Of a stretch of DNA of 64,000 nucleotides, positions 44,901 through 56,500 are shown one piece after another. Location: positions 1,736,001-1,800,000 of the forward strand of contig NC_081331.1 of NCBI RefSeq assembly GCF_022539665.2, in the 5' to 3' direction. The stretch comes from Daphnia carinata (taxonomy: Eukaryota). A program made the translations under genes and the position numbers. Below the pieces are notes generated by a model. That model did no database searches and was not told the DNA's origin. It worked only from the letters and a program-made list of their open reading frames with translations. Position 1 is the first letter of the stretch, and each line of letters begins with the position of its first letter.

Positions 44901-47900
44901 CTTTCTTTTTTTTTTTTTTTTTTTTTGCTTCAATACACATATGTTTATCTTTCCCTGTTTTATGCGTTTCCCGGAAAAAAAAAAGGGGGGATGCCTGAAA
45001 TTTCGACTCTGTGGCGCCCATCGACGACTCATCCGGGGCTCCGTTCATCGCGGAGCAGCTGTTCAATCCTCCAAAGCTCTTCTACTATTCGATGGCCTAT
45101 ACACCTATGGTAGTCTTTTATGCTATCTATACACATTGTACATTTAGATCTATCTCTATCGGCCCCATAAACAGCCTACATTCATATTTATGTCGATGCG
45201 CTTATGTGACTCGGGGACATATTGCGCGGAGGAAAACAGAGAGAGTCGAGAGAATCGAATATTCGTATTCAGTATACAGTGGATATAATTGTAACATGCG
45301 CGTTTTTATAGTGTATCGTGACCCTGGACCCCGTTCCCTTTTTACCATAACCCCCCTCACTTTCCCTTATATACGCTGCGGGAGGGTTAGGTTTGGAAAA
45401 TATTTCCTTTTTCCCCAATTTACTGTAATATCTATATTATAGACAGCCCATATGTGTCTAGGCCCATACATCCCGATTTGCTCTTTTCTCCGATACATTT
45501 CTTTGACGTGGAGCCTAATAACAAATGGCGCTGATGGAGAACCAAGTTTACCATACATGTCATAACCTTTCGCCCTCGATTTGTATCGATGATCGGAGGG
45601 TGTGTTTCACGCATAACACACTTGATTTTTTTTTCTACACCCTCTTGCATTCTATTGATTTCAAGCTGGAACACCACATTTTCTGTTGGATGTAGGAACT
45701 GAAGCCGGAGTATCAAAAATTTGTTATCAGGTCACCTCTGGTCGTCTAACTACATCATCAAAATTTGAGGGATAGATTTAAGTTTTCTCTCCCCCAAAAA
45801 AAATCAGACCCCCTTCCATTATTTCCACTCGTTGTTGCGATGTACCGTGTCGTTTCGATAAAGAATTCATGAACAGTCCACCGCTATTCAAATGACATGT
45901 GTGCAGGCAGTATAGAATATATACGACGTTGAAGACTACATACGCATAAAAGGCCTATAACACACAGTGGCCATACACACTAAGGCTTATAATATAGACT
46001 TTAAAAAAAATGGGGGCTGTACACACGCCCTTTTTCTTCCTTTTTTTTCTCGCAATAAAAACCGATCTATATAGTCTGTTCTTTCTTTTTTCTTTATGGC
46101 TCCTGCAAACCGACGAATATGACTGACTGAGTCTTCTCTTCTGGGGTCCCTGACTCTGTACGGAAAAGGGGTCGCTCGATATAGTACGTAATGCAGAAAG
46201 AATCTTACATGACTGCATGGGATCGTTCCTCTTTCCCTCTTTTTTTTTCTGCCTATTTCTCGTTTTCTACCACTTTTGCTGATTGGAAGGCAAAGGGGGG
46301 GGGGGGGGGGTTTACAGGGACGGACGGCAATGCTGTCTGGTATGGATATATTACGTACACTCCTTATCGTCTTTAGTAAGGCCATGTTTCGTCGCAATTT
46401 CCCGGCAATTCTACGCAGTTTGGAGAGGCCCACCAAGACTGATTATGATTCATTACTCTCGCGGCTATAACGAGGAAAAGAGACAGAGAGAAAGAAAGAA
46501 AAAAAGATAGAAGCAACACTTAGACGCATGTTCCGTGCTCCGTAGCCATCAAATTGATCCGTGGCGGAGTGCATAGTACGCGCGGATACAGCCCCGACGT
46601 CGTCCGCAACTGAAGTGGTTAACGTTGAGGTCGGCAGAGTTGTATATAGGACTGTAGGTCACATTAGCTGCAGGCGTATTTAAAGCGAAATAAAGCAAGC
46701 CATAAGAGACGGATCCCGGAATGATAGAACCACTGTACCGTTTCGGGGAGCTTTATTGCCACTATTGCGGATTATTGACAGACATTCGGTATCCTTGGAG
46801 TATGATGCGTCAAAGAGTAATGGAGCCAGAGCACGGACGTCAACCTTTCTCGAGTAGAACAGTGTTATGATCGTGCTAAATTGACATGGGTGTTTAGAGA
46901 GACTTACGGTGTCTTGCGCCAATATGAGCAGGTCAAATGTCGGGGATATTAACAGGAAACTCTTAAAATTTTATTTATTTTTCGTTGTAAATTGTTTAAC
47001 GTTTGACCAAGGTAGGCAATCGCCCCGTTAGATGGTGGTTAGCAATTGGAATGAATCAAATTTCCCGTAGATTTCAAAACTTCGTCCTCGGTCCGTCTGG
47101 CAAATAAATAATTCATCAGTTGGATTCAACTAAATAAAACTCGTTGAGCGTCGTTTCAGAACTTCTGCTCTACATCCTTGTGTGTTTATTCTCTGTTTAT
47201 ACTTGAAGTACAGGCTTGCTTGAATGTAAAAGGTTTACGAAACGACTACGTTTGTTACCTGAGGATATAAGATGGTACGGAACCGAACCAGCAGATGGTG
47301 GTACAAAAATCACCTGGAAATTTTGAATTCAAAATAACTGCCTTGCTCATTTTCTGGATTGAAGCCACGAGTACTTTTCAAGAAAAAATCAAAGCACCGC
47401 ACAAGACTCATGTAGCATTCTTTGCTGATTTGCATACTATGCCTATTGCCAACTATAGTACTCCATATTACCTTTTGCGGTAGTGTAGCTCCTGCGATAT
47501 CCAGTGGGAAGGGGAAGCAAAATGAACTCCATTTCCGAAACGAATCTTATGGTAATGACCCCAAGGGTTCAAGGGGGTTCTTGTTTCTGCTTGTTTTACC
47601 GTCCCATGTCTGTTTTTCTTCTCTTACCTTTTTGGTTCGGCAGTTTCGAAAAAAATGCAAATTTTTTAGATAGAGAATTCGTTTGGCCATGGGAAACGAG
47701 GGAAAGGGTTATCAAAAATCCTTGATGGGTGTTTTTCCTCTTTCACCTACATTTTCTCATTATCCTGCCCCTATCTCAAAGGTTTAGCAGTGAATGTAAG
47801 CTAAGCGACACGTGTACCTTACGGGAGAAGCCTAATTTCCTTATTTCCGTGTCTCTAAAGAATCTTCACAGAACAAGAGAAATCATTAGGCAACGAGTGC

Positions 47901-48213
47901 TTACTTGTACTCATTTACGAACAATTAACAGGTAGTTATAGAAGTTGTGCCCGTATTCATTAAACTTGACTTTATCCTTAAACTTGAAGTTAGATTTTTG
48001 ACTTTTAAACTTCAATTGCACTTGTATTGATTACACTGATATGTCAGAGTATATAATGAAATCCCAGCTTTCATATCGTGAGAACTAAAGTTACAAGAAT
48101 TTCATTTTTATATCATGTCCTATCTGGTAAAGCATTAATGTGACATCGCGTCGTCTATTGCACTGTAAAATTACTGCTCCTCAAATAAAAATAGTTAGTA
48201 ACCTGGTGGAGGT

Positions 48214-51006
48214 TTAATAGAACTGTTCGTCATAATGTTGGATCTCGCAGTTCAATCCACTAGGAACGTCAACGTAAATATTTTCTTTTCCGATATGATT
48301 CACGAGCTTCATTAATGCGGGTACATCTACGGTGTCATATTGGGAACTCCAGATGGTCAGGGTACTACCCTCAATCTAAGCGGCAAATCAAAATTGTCTA
48401 AACGTGTTAAGATAAAAATGCCGATGCCTGCCAAAAAAAGAGGCATGTTATTAATACCTCCTCGAGTAACCACAGGATGTTTTTCTGAGATTCGGACGAA
48501 GTTAACAAGCCTGCCCGAACTGGAAAAGTAACGGGCTGTCGTATTTGAGCCGCTTTCAGAGCGTCCCGCATTTGAGCCACATGCTCCAGGGTGTACGATC
48601 CTTCGTTGATGATTTGCAACGGCCAAGCCATTTGCGGGCCAAACCTATTTAAGAACAAAATAAAATGATACGTTGCTAACGAATATAACGTATTTGTTTA
48701 AAAAAACTAACGTCACCTAGTAGTCCAGCCAACAGAGAGAACTGCATCGGGAAAATAATCTTTTGCCAAACTGAGAAACCGCAAAGCCTCTGCCAAGAGA
48801 ATTAAACGATGCATTTATATCACTATTATATTTAATACTTTAAGTCTTAGCAATCAAATTGGTTTGAATTCGACATCACACTTACCAACTGGTTTCGTGG
48901 AGGCGTTCACCGGTCCTGGTAGGATGTCCGCGTTTAACCACAGAGGTCCGATGATCTTTGCAAATAAAGCGCACAAGTTATGGCGTAAACAATGCTAATC
49001 CTGCTACCTATACATTCTGCTATACTTTGCTAGCCCGTGATTTGATGGCAACCAAGGATAGTTCGACTACTTCCAAATCCTTAAAGTCAAGTTTGATGCC
49101 TTTAGTTGTATTACTATCGAGAATAGTATCTAGAAATTCTTCTAAGCTCAAATCCGATGTGTTCAAAGGTGGATGAGCCATGATTGGCATAATCGTAGCG
49201 TCGCCACCTGTGATGGTACCGACAGAAACGTCTGCCTCAATCATCATGTCACGTCCTGAAAAGTCGGGGGAAAGAATCAAGTTAGACTTGCCAAAAACTT
49301 GAAGTAGCTGTCAGGACTGTATACTGACCATGAAGGGATTTGTAGAGCTGGATTCTGCTGTTTATTCCATGTCCCCATTTGATGCGGGAAAGATCTGATT
49401 TTATCTGAGGGAAAACTTCTGTTATAGGTGAATTGCACTTGTAACTGGTTGGGCAACAAATTCCAGGAGTGTAAACAGGGGTGCATCCAATGCGGTCGTC
49501 TAATATACAATGCACCTCCTGACAACCAGGACCAAACAAACCTGTTTTGCGCACGATACAAATCATACAAATATTAATAATAATAGTTTTTAAAAATATT
49601 AAATAATTAATTTCAATTATTCACACCGTAGAATCCTTTAACACAGGTACACTTTCTGCAAATCTCGCCGGTAGGAATCGATTGTCCTTTTAGGTAACCT
49701 TTACCGTTGTAGACGCAAATGTCGTCCGAAGGACCCACACCAGCTAAACTTCGTTCGGCTATGAATAACAAAAACGAAAAAGAAAAGAATAAACTAGTAT
49801 TTTGTTTCAGTAAACATGTTCACCGTTATTTTCGATTTACGGCATTTGATGGACGGACAACAAGCACCGGGTAACGTGACTAGGACGCAACCTTCTTCCT
49901 GTGGAGGGAGAGGTTCATCGCATGAGATTTGGTTACATTTGATAGTAGCTCCTCCTTTACTAAAAAGTTGTTCTCTTCATTTTATGAATTGGATTTGGAA
50001 ACCTAAGACTAACGGCACTTACTGGTTATCACTCGCCCCGCATTTGCAGTCCGTTTTACATGCATCGTCTTGGTTGATTTGTAAAATTTCTTGACCTATA
50101 ATGTAGGTAACATCACGATAGCGACAGACTCCGCGGCTAGATTTCACCGTAGCTGTTTTAAATACAATACATGTTAAGTTGGGAAATGAAATGTTCTGCA
50201 ATCCAACGTTAAAGTCTGCAGGTAACTTTCTTATACCGTTTTGACGAACGCTGATAGTAGAATTTGGAAGGCTTGCCTTCTCTTTCAGGCAGGCTGTTTT
50301 GCATTCTTCCAGGGAGGCAAAAAGGTTGGACGTTTTGCCGCATCCTCCATACGCGTAGCTCTGACACTCTCCGGCCTTGGAGTTGAAAGTCCACGATGGA
50401 ATTATGGTTAGCGAACAAATGAACGAGTCGGGTTTAACGGGTGGCAAGTTGCATCTCTCCTCCGACTGCAGTTCGTTGCCCTTATCAGCTTCATCGACTG
50501 GGAACATTCAAAGTATCTATCAAATGGCTGAAACTTTATGACTCAACGTTCAACCGGAGCCGTAATGGGTCCGTCATTCTACACTCTGAGTTTTCACACA
50601 TAAACACAGATCCCATTTCAAAATAGCATAGATAAAAAACACAGTTGTGTAAAATAGACTGCTTATATACTTTATAGAAAACGTTCATGTACCCTTGACA
50701 CTTCGTTTTTGAGATTATCTTGAGAACAATATTGGAATAAAGCACTTAAGTTAAAGAATGAAACTATCATTTTATACTTCATAAGTAATGGAGTCTTTTA
50801 ATCAACTCACGTAATCCACACGAACCCGCTTCCAAGACGGAGAAGTGAAAAGAGACAAACAATCAAAGGAAATCAGTTTCTAAAATTTGATAGTATAAAA
50901 GCAAAAAAAAAACAAAACATGCCTTGTAAGAAAATTAGAAGGACTTACGGCGGTCACTGAAAACGGTGGACGTTGCGCAGAGCAGGATCACAAATTGGCT
51001 TAACAT
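48214..51006 (-). CDS. Predicted secreted multidomain protein: signal peptide + Kunitz/BPTI + two VWC-like Cys-rich domains + FAM151/menorin (DUF2181) domain (~550-570 aa)
   Basis: Exons 50949-51006 (MLSQFVILLCATSTVFSD), micro-exon 50811-50828, optional 50693-50718 and 50548-50578, then 50237-50497 (Kunitz: CNLPP..C..WTFNSKAGECQSYAYGGCGKTSNLFASLEECKTAC), 50023-50152, 49841-49959 (VWC, ..GACCPSIKC), 49627-49758, 49329-49541 (VWC ..GICCPTSYKC, then KWGHGINS), 49026-49255 (MIEADV..PIMAHPP..KGIKLDFK), 48886-48955 (LWLNADILPGP), 48717-48789 (LSVGWTT), 48458-48644 (VTFPVRAG), 48214-48375 (TLTIWS..IYVDVP). All phases compatible. Confidence 0.85.
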
Positions 51007-52040
51007 TCTCTGCCGGGATATCGAACGATATCTACAGTCGTCGCTCAATGTGTCAGTAATAGAGATAGCAATTTTTTTATTTAAAAAAAAAATGTGGCCA
51101 AGAAGGCACGTCAAATGGACAAATTAGAAGTGCAAAACAGATGTCCCAACACGGTGCTAGGAGTTAAATGAAAAATAAAAAAGGAACTCGGAGTGGGTGT
51201 TTATCCTAGACGAACGGAGGACAATGCGTGTTGGATTCACTCACAGTTCTAAACCGACTGCTCGTACTCGTCATTGTCTGTGATTGTTGGTTGGACAATT
51301 CTCATCTCGACCGGCGTTGCTCGCCCTCTACGGGACATGCACGGAATTCAACTTTAGAAGGGTTTCCTTCACGAACAGTTTGAACGGGCATAACCAAAAT
51401 ATTCTTATAAAATCAACGTAGCCCAATCGAAGGCATATTCTTCGATATAAACAGAGTTTGTGAATGTTAAGTTAGTTAATGCAATGTGATTCAAGGAGTG
51501 ATCAGTTCAATATTAAGCAATGAAAAGTTTCTTTCTTAACCTTATCTGACGTTGGTTCTTTTTTTTTTCAATTGCCTGCGGTTTGCACCCCTTCCTATGC
51601 ATTTTGAGCTGAACCAAAATAGCTTTCGTTCCACAACTTGTTCCTTGTTTAACGAAATTTTCGTCCCGTCGTTTCTTCTTTTTCTCTTTTCTTCTTCTGC
51701 CTTTTATCTTTATTCTTATCGCTGTGAAATAATGAGAAAAAAGCGCGTCCTGCCTCTTTTGTTCTTGACAAAAGCCTTTTTTTTTATACGTTTTCTCCGT
51801 GAATCGCGAATGGCAGTTGAATAACGGAATTGGGATACTGTTGGCGGATGCGAATTAGGTTGCCGATTTGTGCGAGAAGAAACGGCATAATAATGCAGAC
51901 AATGCCTCGTTCGTATGTTAAAAGCTGAAATCACAACAATGACATTGTTCTATATTTGATGTCATACTATTTTATTCATTCTGCGTATATGTCCTTTTTT
52001 AGAACTTACCCTTGTTCTTATTGAAATATTTTTTAAAAAG

Positions 52041-53597
52041 CTAATGAATAGGATACTCGTCGAAATGTTGAATCTCGCAGTTCAGTCCACTAGGCACGTC
52101 GATGTAAATGTTTTCTTTGCCAATGTGGTTGACGAGCTTCATCAATCCAGGAACATCCACCATGTCGTAATCTGCACTCCAAATGGTAAGTGAACTATTG
52201 TCAAACTAAAAGCGACAGAATGAAAATGTTGTTATCATTGCCATTAAAAAGTAATTGTGGTATATTTTTCAATTGGTAAACGACCTGTTCGAGTAACCAT
52301 AAGATGCTTGCTTGAGATTCCGGAGAGGTTGACAGCCCCGCACGAATTGGAAAGGTAATCTGTTGTCGGATTTCAGCCGCTTTCAGAACATCACGCATTT
52401 TAATCACGTGATCCATTGTGTATGATCCATCGTTGATGATCTGCAACGGCAAAGCCAGTTGCGGACCAAACCTTTTCAGAGAAAAAAAAAGATTATGGGA
52501 AAAATTTAGAATTGATGGAAGCGGAATTGAAGTAACCTTGTTGTCCATCCAACGGAGAGGATTGCGTCCGGAAAATACTGCTTGACGAGTTTCAAAAACT
52601 GGGCAGCGTCTGCCAAGAAAAAAGACTAATAAGTAGCAACACATAGTTCTATGGATGAGAACTAATGTAACTGACTGTACGGACAACTTCACGCATTCAG
52701 TTTCATTGGTTGTTTAGCTGTTTGCATAAACAACTCACCCACTGGTATTGTAGTGTCATTCACTGGTCCTTGGACAATGTCTGCGTTCAACCACAGAGAG
52801 CCAGTGATCTACATACATCGGGAATCGACAAAGATCACGAATAACATAGTTCAAATTCACATTTTGCAATTGCTTCGCATACCTCGTTAGCTCGAGCTTT
52901 GATCATTTTTAAAGACGGTTCCACTACCTCCAACTCTTTAAAATCAAATTTCATTCCCTTAGATGTTTTGCTGTGGAGAACAGTATCAACAAATTCTGTC
53001 AGACTCAGGTCTGAGATCTTCGAAGGTGGATGGGCCATGATCGGGAGAGCTATTTCACCACGGCTCTCGATGAAACCCATAGATACATCACCTTCGATGA
53101 TCATGGCCTTTCCTGTTGGAGCAACATTTTTTCGGAGAGACATGCTTATACTAATTGGTTGTATGAATAACCAATCGATTACACACCACGTATTGAATTA
53201 TTGAGTTGAATCTTGCTATTAACGGCGTGCGCCCATTTGATGCCCGACAGATCTGCTTTATTTTGGCGTAGCGAAGTTGTTGCAGACGGTCGTGATTTTA
53301 TCCCATTCTTCAATTCGCTAGATACAAATCCACCAATCCCTTGGGTGGACCAAGACCGGGTCGATATTATCCAAGGATCTTTTGAAGAATCAGGCTTTCC
53401 GTCCTTATTCCAGTCGACACTTCTCCATTGCAAGTCCTTGTCGAGTGAAGACGACCATTGCAAGGCTAAAGCACTAGCCCAGATGAAACTAAAATCCTGA
53501 AATATTAGCACGATTAAAATGTCGGAAGAAAAAGGGTTTGAATCCGCTAGACAAGTCTTCAATTTTGTAGACGACGTACCAGCAAGAAAGTATTCAT
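52041..53597 (-). CDS. FAM151: FAM151/menorin (DUF2181, PLC/GDPD-like TIM barrel) family protein, tandem paralogue with a non-Cys N-terminal linker (~350 aa)
   Basis: Exons 53580-53597 (in-frame alternative ATG at 53666), 53187-53496, 52883-53112, 52739-52808, 52537-52609, 52285-52471, 52041-52205. Motifs KWAHAVNS, MIIEGDV, PIMAHPP, KGMKFDFK, LWLNADIVQGP, LSVGWTT, ITFPIRAG, SLTIWS, IYIDVP. Confidence 0.88.
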
Positions 53598-56500
53598 CCG
53601 TGCTGGTTGCGAGAATCTGAGCAAGTGCGCAGTATTAGCCTCGACTTGACAGGTATGAACGGCCATTCTGCTATTCACCTTCGTTTAAAAAAATGTTTTT
53701 CTGTTTCTTCTTTTTTCTGTTTGCTTGTTGCAAAATTTAGAAATTTCATAAGATTTCTCCACCGCGGGCAGTTTCAGGCAGCGTTTCTAATTACAGCAAT
53801 GTAGGTTATTTGTCAAACTTTTCTGTCAGTAGAACCTTACTCGACAGGGCCGAAAGAAAATAAGAACTTCGTTTCATTCATACTTCGTATTTACATTTTA
53901 AAAATTAAGATATTCGAGGTTTATATTACAGTATAAGGTAGAGAACTGTAGAACTGACGAGACAGACGTGTGCGTGTTTAACGTAGTATGGCCACCGTTG
54001 CGTCCAATCGGAATTTGTTCCGTTCGCCTGGAATAAACATTTTGAAAATATGTCGTGAGCCATCGCTAGATGGTAGCGTGCACCTCAAATCTATTTAATT
54101 CAAACAGAAAAAAAGAATCCTCCACTATGAATATGAATTGCATAAAAATACAAGTACAAAAATTCAGCTGAAGACGCAATGCAAATTACAGATCAACTGC
54201 GAAATGACACGTCTTGCAAAATTTGATTATATCGCAAGTAGGCGCCACAGCGGCGCAAGAATCCTTAGAATCCCCGTCTTTTCTACGGTGAAAAACCGCG
54301 ATCACAACACAAACAATATTTACAGGTATGGCAACGTAAGCCCCCGTACCATTTTCGCACACCCACTTTCAACCCATTCATTCAGCTTTGTTACTTACTC
54401 GCAAGTGCATTGGCAAAAAAAAAAGAGAAATCACCGGTAATGGACAACAACAAAAAAGAAGGGAATGTGATGAAGAGATTAGATAATCCGAACCACTCGA
54501 GAGGTGCCGACAATGTCTCGCGGCCTGCCTCGCCCATGTATAAGAGATACGATCTGTCGGCAGCGAACGAGCAACCGATTCATAGTCCCTTCACGGCAGA
54601 AATTATAAAACAGCAATACGCGGCGCCGACGCCACCATGGCGAACATAAATAATCCACAAAGAAATTTTTTTTTTTTGATTACCAGAAGCAGCGTGCGTG
54701 TATAATGGAAGAATAAACATCTGCTTATGCTTTTTCCATCGTCGTTATTTTTACTATCCTCCATACAAAATTTTGCCCGTCCTCTTCTTACGATTAAGAG
54801 TCGATTCAACTGTTAGTGGCCACCTCTATGGTAGACCCCTTCAGGGTATTCAATCGATGAAACGTTAAACCGTTGGCGTCTCCAACATTGAAAAATAAAG
54901 GAATAATCAACATGATCGCGTGACGACGAATCTACCTTTAGGCTGTCTATCCGTACGTTATTTCAGTCAAACACAAAAAAAAAACAGTAGCCATCCGAAA
55001 TTTGCATCGACATGATTGCTCTTAGAGGGGGGTCTTGTAATTGTTGTACTCGTTGACGGCAAGCAAAAGAAAAAGAAAAGAAGGTAGGAGAACGAAATAT
55101 GAAGATGGAAATACGCATCGTGTACAAGTCGAATTGACTTTGATTTTCGACATAGTCATCGCTCAGCAGAAGCCTGTTTTTACATAAGGGACGCGTAATG
55201 ACCCCATGAGTCGCAAAGAGAGACAAGAAACAGGCCGTTATTGCAGCGACTTGCGGTGCGCCGCCATCATAAATCATTTGGGATGGAGAGAAGGTAAAAA
55301 AAAAAAAAAAAAGAAAGAACGAGAAAAACAAAAAAATTCACACAGCAATAATGTGTCTATTCAGGTATAATGAAAACAACGGGCAGTGGTACAGCATCAG
55401 CCGCAGAGATCGAACCTTCCTCGTCGTACAAATAGATCTTGCATTCACCTGCCGCAACACAACCATCGGAATGATAAGCACAGCAATCTGTTGTAACGGT
55501 TGGCTGCTGAAGAGAGATAATGTTGACTACGTGGAGGCCACTGTAGCTCGTTTCATCATCATCATTACCAACAATGGGGGGGCCAACGAAGAAATAAGAA
55601 GTCGGCCGATGAAAGGCCATAAGAAGCTGCAGTGTGTGGGTCGGCTCTTATTGCTGGACGCTCTGATGAAGCAGGAATCGATCATGTAATCCGTCAGTAG
55701 ACTGCTGGGGTCGGATGATGTAGGACAGTAGGGAATGGGGAGGGGATAGAGAGGAATGAAAATGAGTATCAACCTCCAGCGTTACGCATCACCAATAACA
55801 TCGACATAGAACCCGCTAGGCTGGAAGAGAACGGTGGTCCCATCAGTTTCATTTCTTTCTTTTTTTTGCTTCGTGGTGGGCGGCTAAAAGAAAATTTATT
55901 TACTAACTGAATTTATCGTTTTTTATTGTTTAGTAGCAATTGGTTATTTCCAAGAAAAATAAATTGAACCTTGAAAACTATTGGATAGAAAGAAGAAGAG
56001 AAAAACCTTAAGAAAGGTGTTTGTAATCTCGAGTGAGGGGTGTATAACACTCAACGGACAATAAACTCCCATTTTCAAAGACGATGCATCGAGGCCATCA
56101 GAAGAAGAACCAGCTCGTCTCAAGACGGTTGAGTAAATGAACAGGCTGTTTCTATATTCATACGAAAAGAAAAAAAAGGAGGAACTCAAATAGACTGTTA
56201 AGAAAAGGGCTCGTTCAGTTCAAACTGCCGTTTCCAAACAACTCGCCTATACTTATTTCGTTTTGTTTGCTTTCCCTTTTTTTTTTATGTACATACAGGC
56301 CTATTTAATTTTCTTATTCATTTTTTTTTTCTTTCTCCGAAAACATTTTGATTCTTATTTTTCTCCCTTCAAACCTGCCAGATGAAGCAGGTCTCAGTTT
56401 GTTGAAGGGGGCTTCAACTTTTTACTACCTCCTCTCTCCGGTTTCCCTATAGGTAATGCAACTATCAAGGGTTTCCCTCTTCACTTCCTTAGGCCTCTCT

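Noticed and set aside
50153..50236. ORF 50019-50507 read as one continuous exon
   Set aside because: An 84-nt in-frame GT-AG segment fits typical intron size and is treated as an intron; retention cannot be excluded.
55351..55772. Overlapping ORFs on both strands in a moderately GC-rich patch
   Set aside because: No recognisable homology or spliceable neighbours in any frame.
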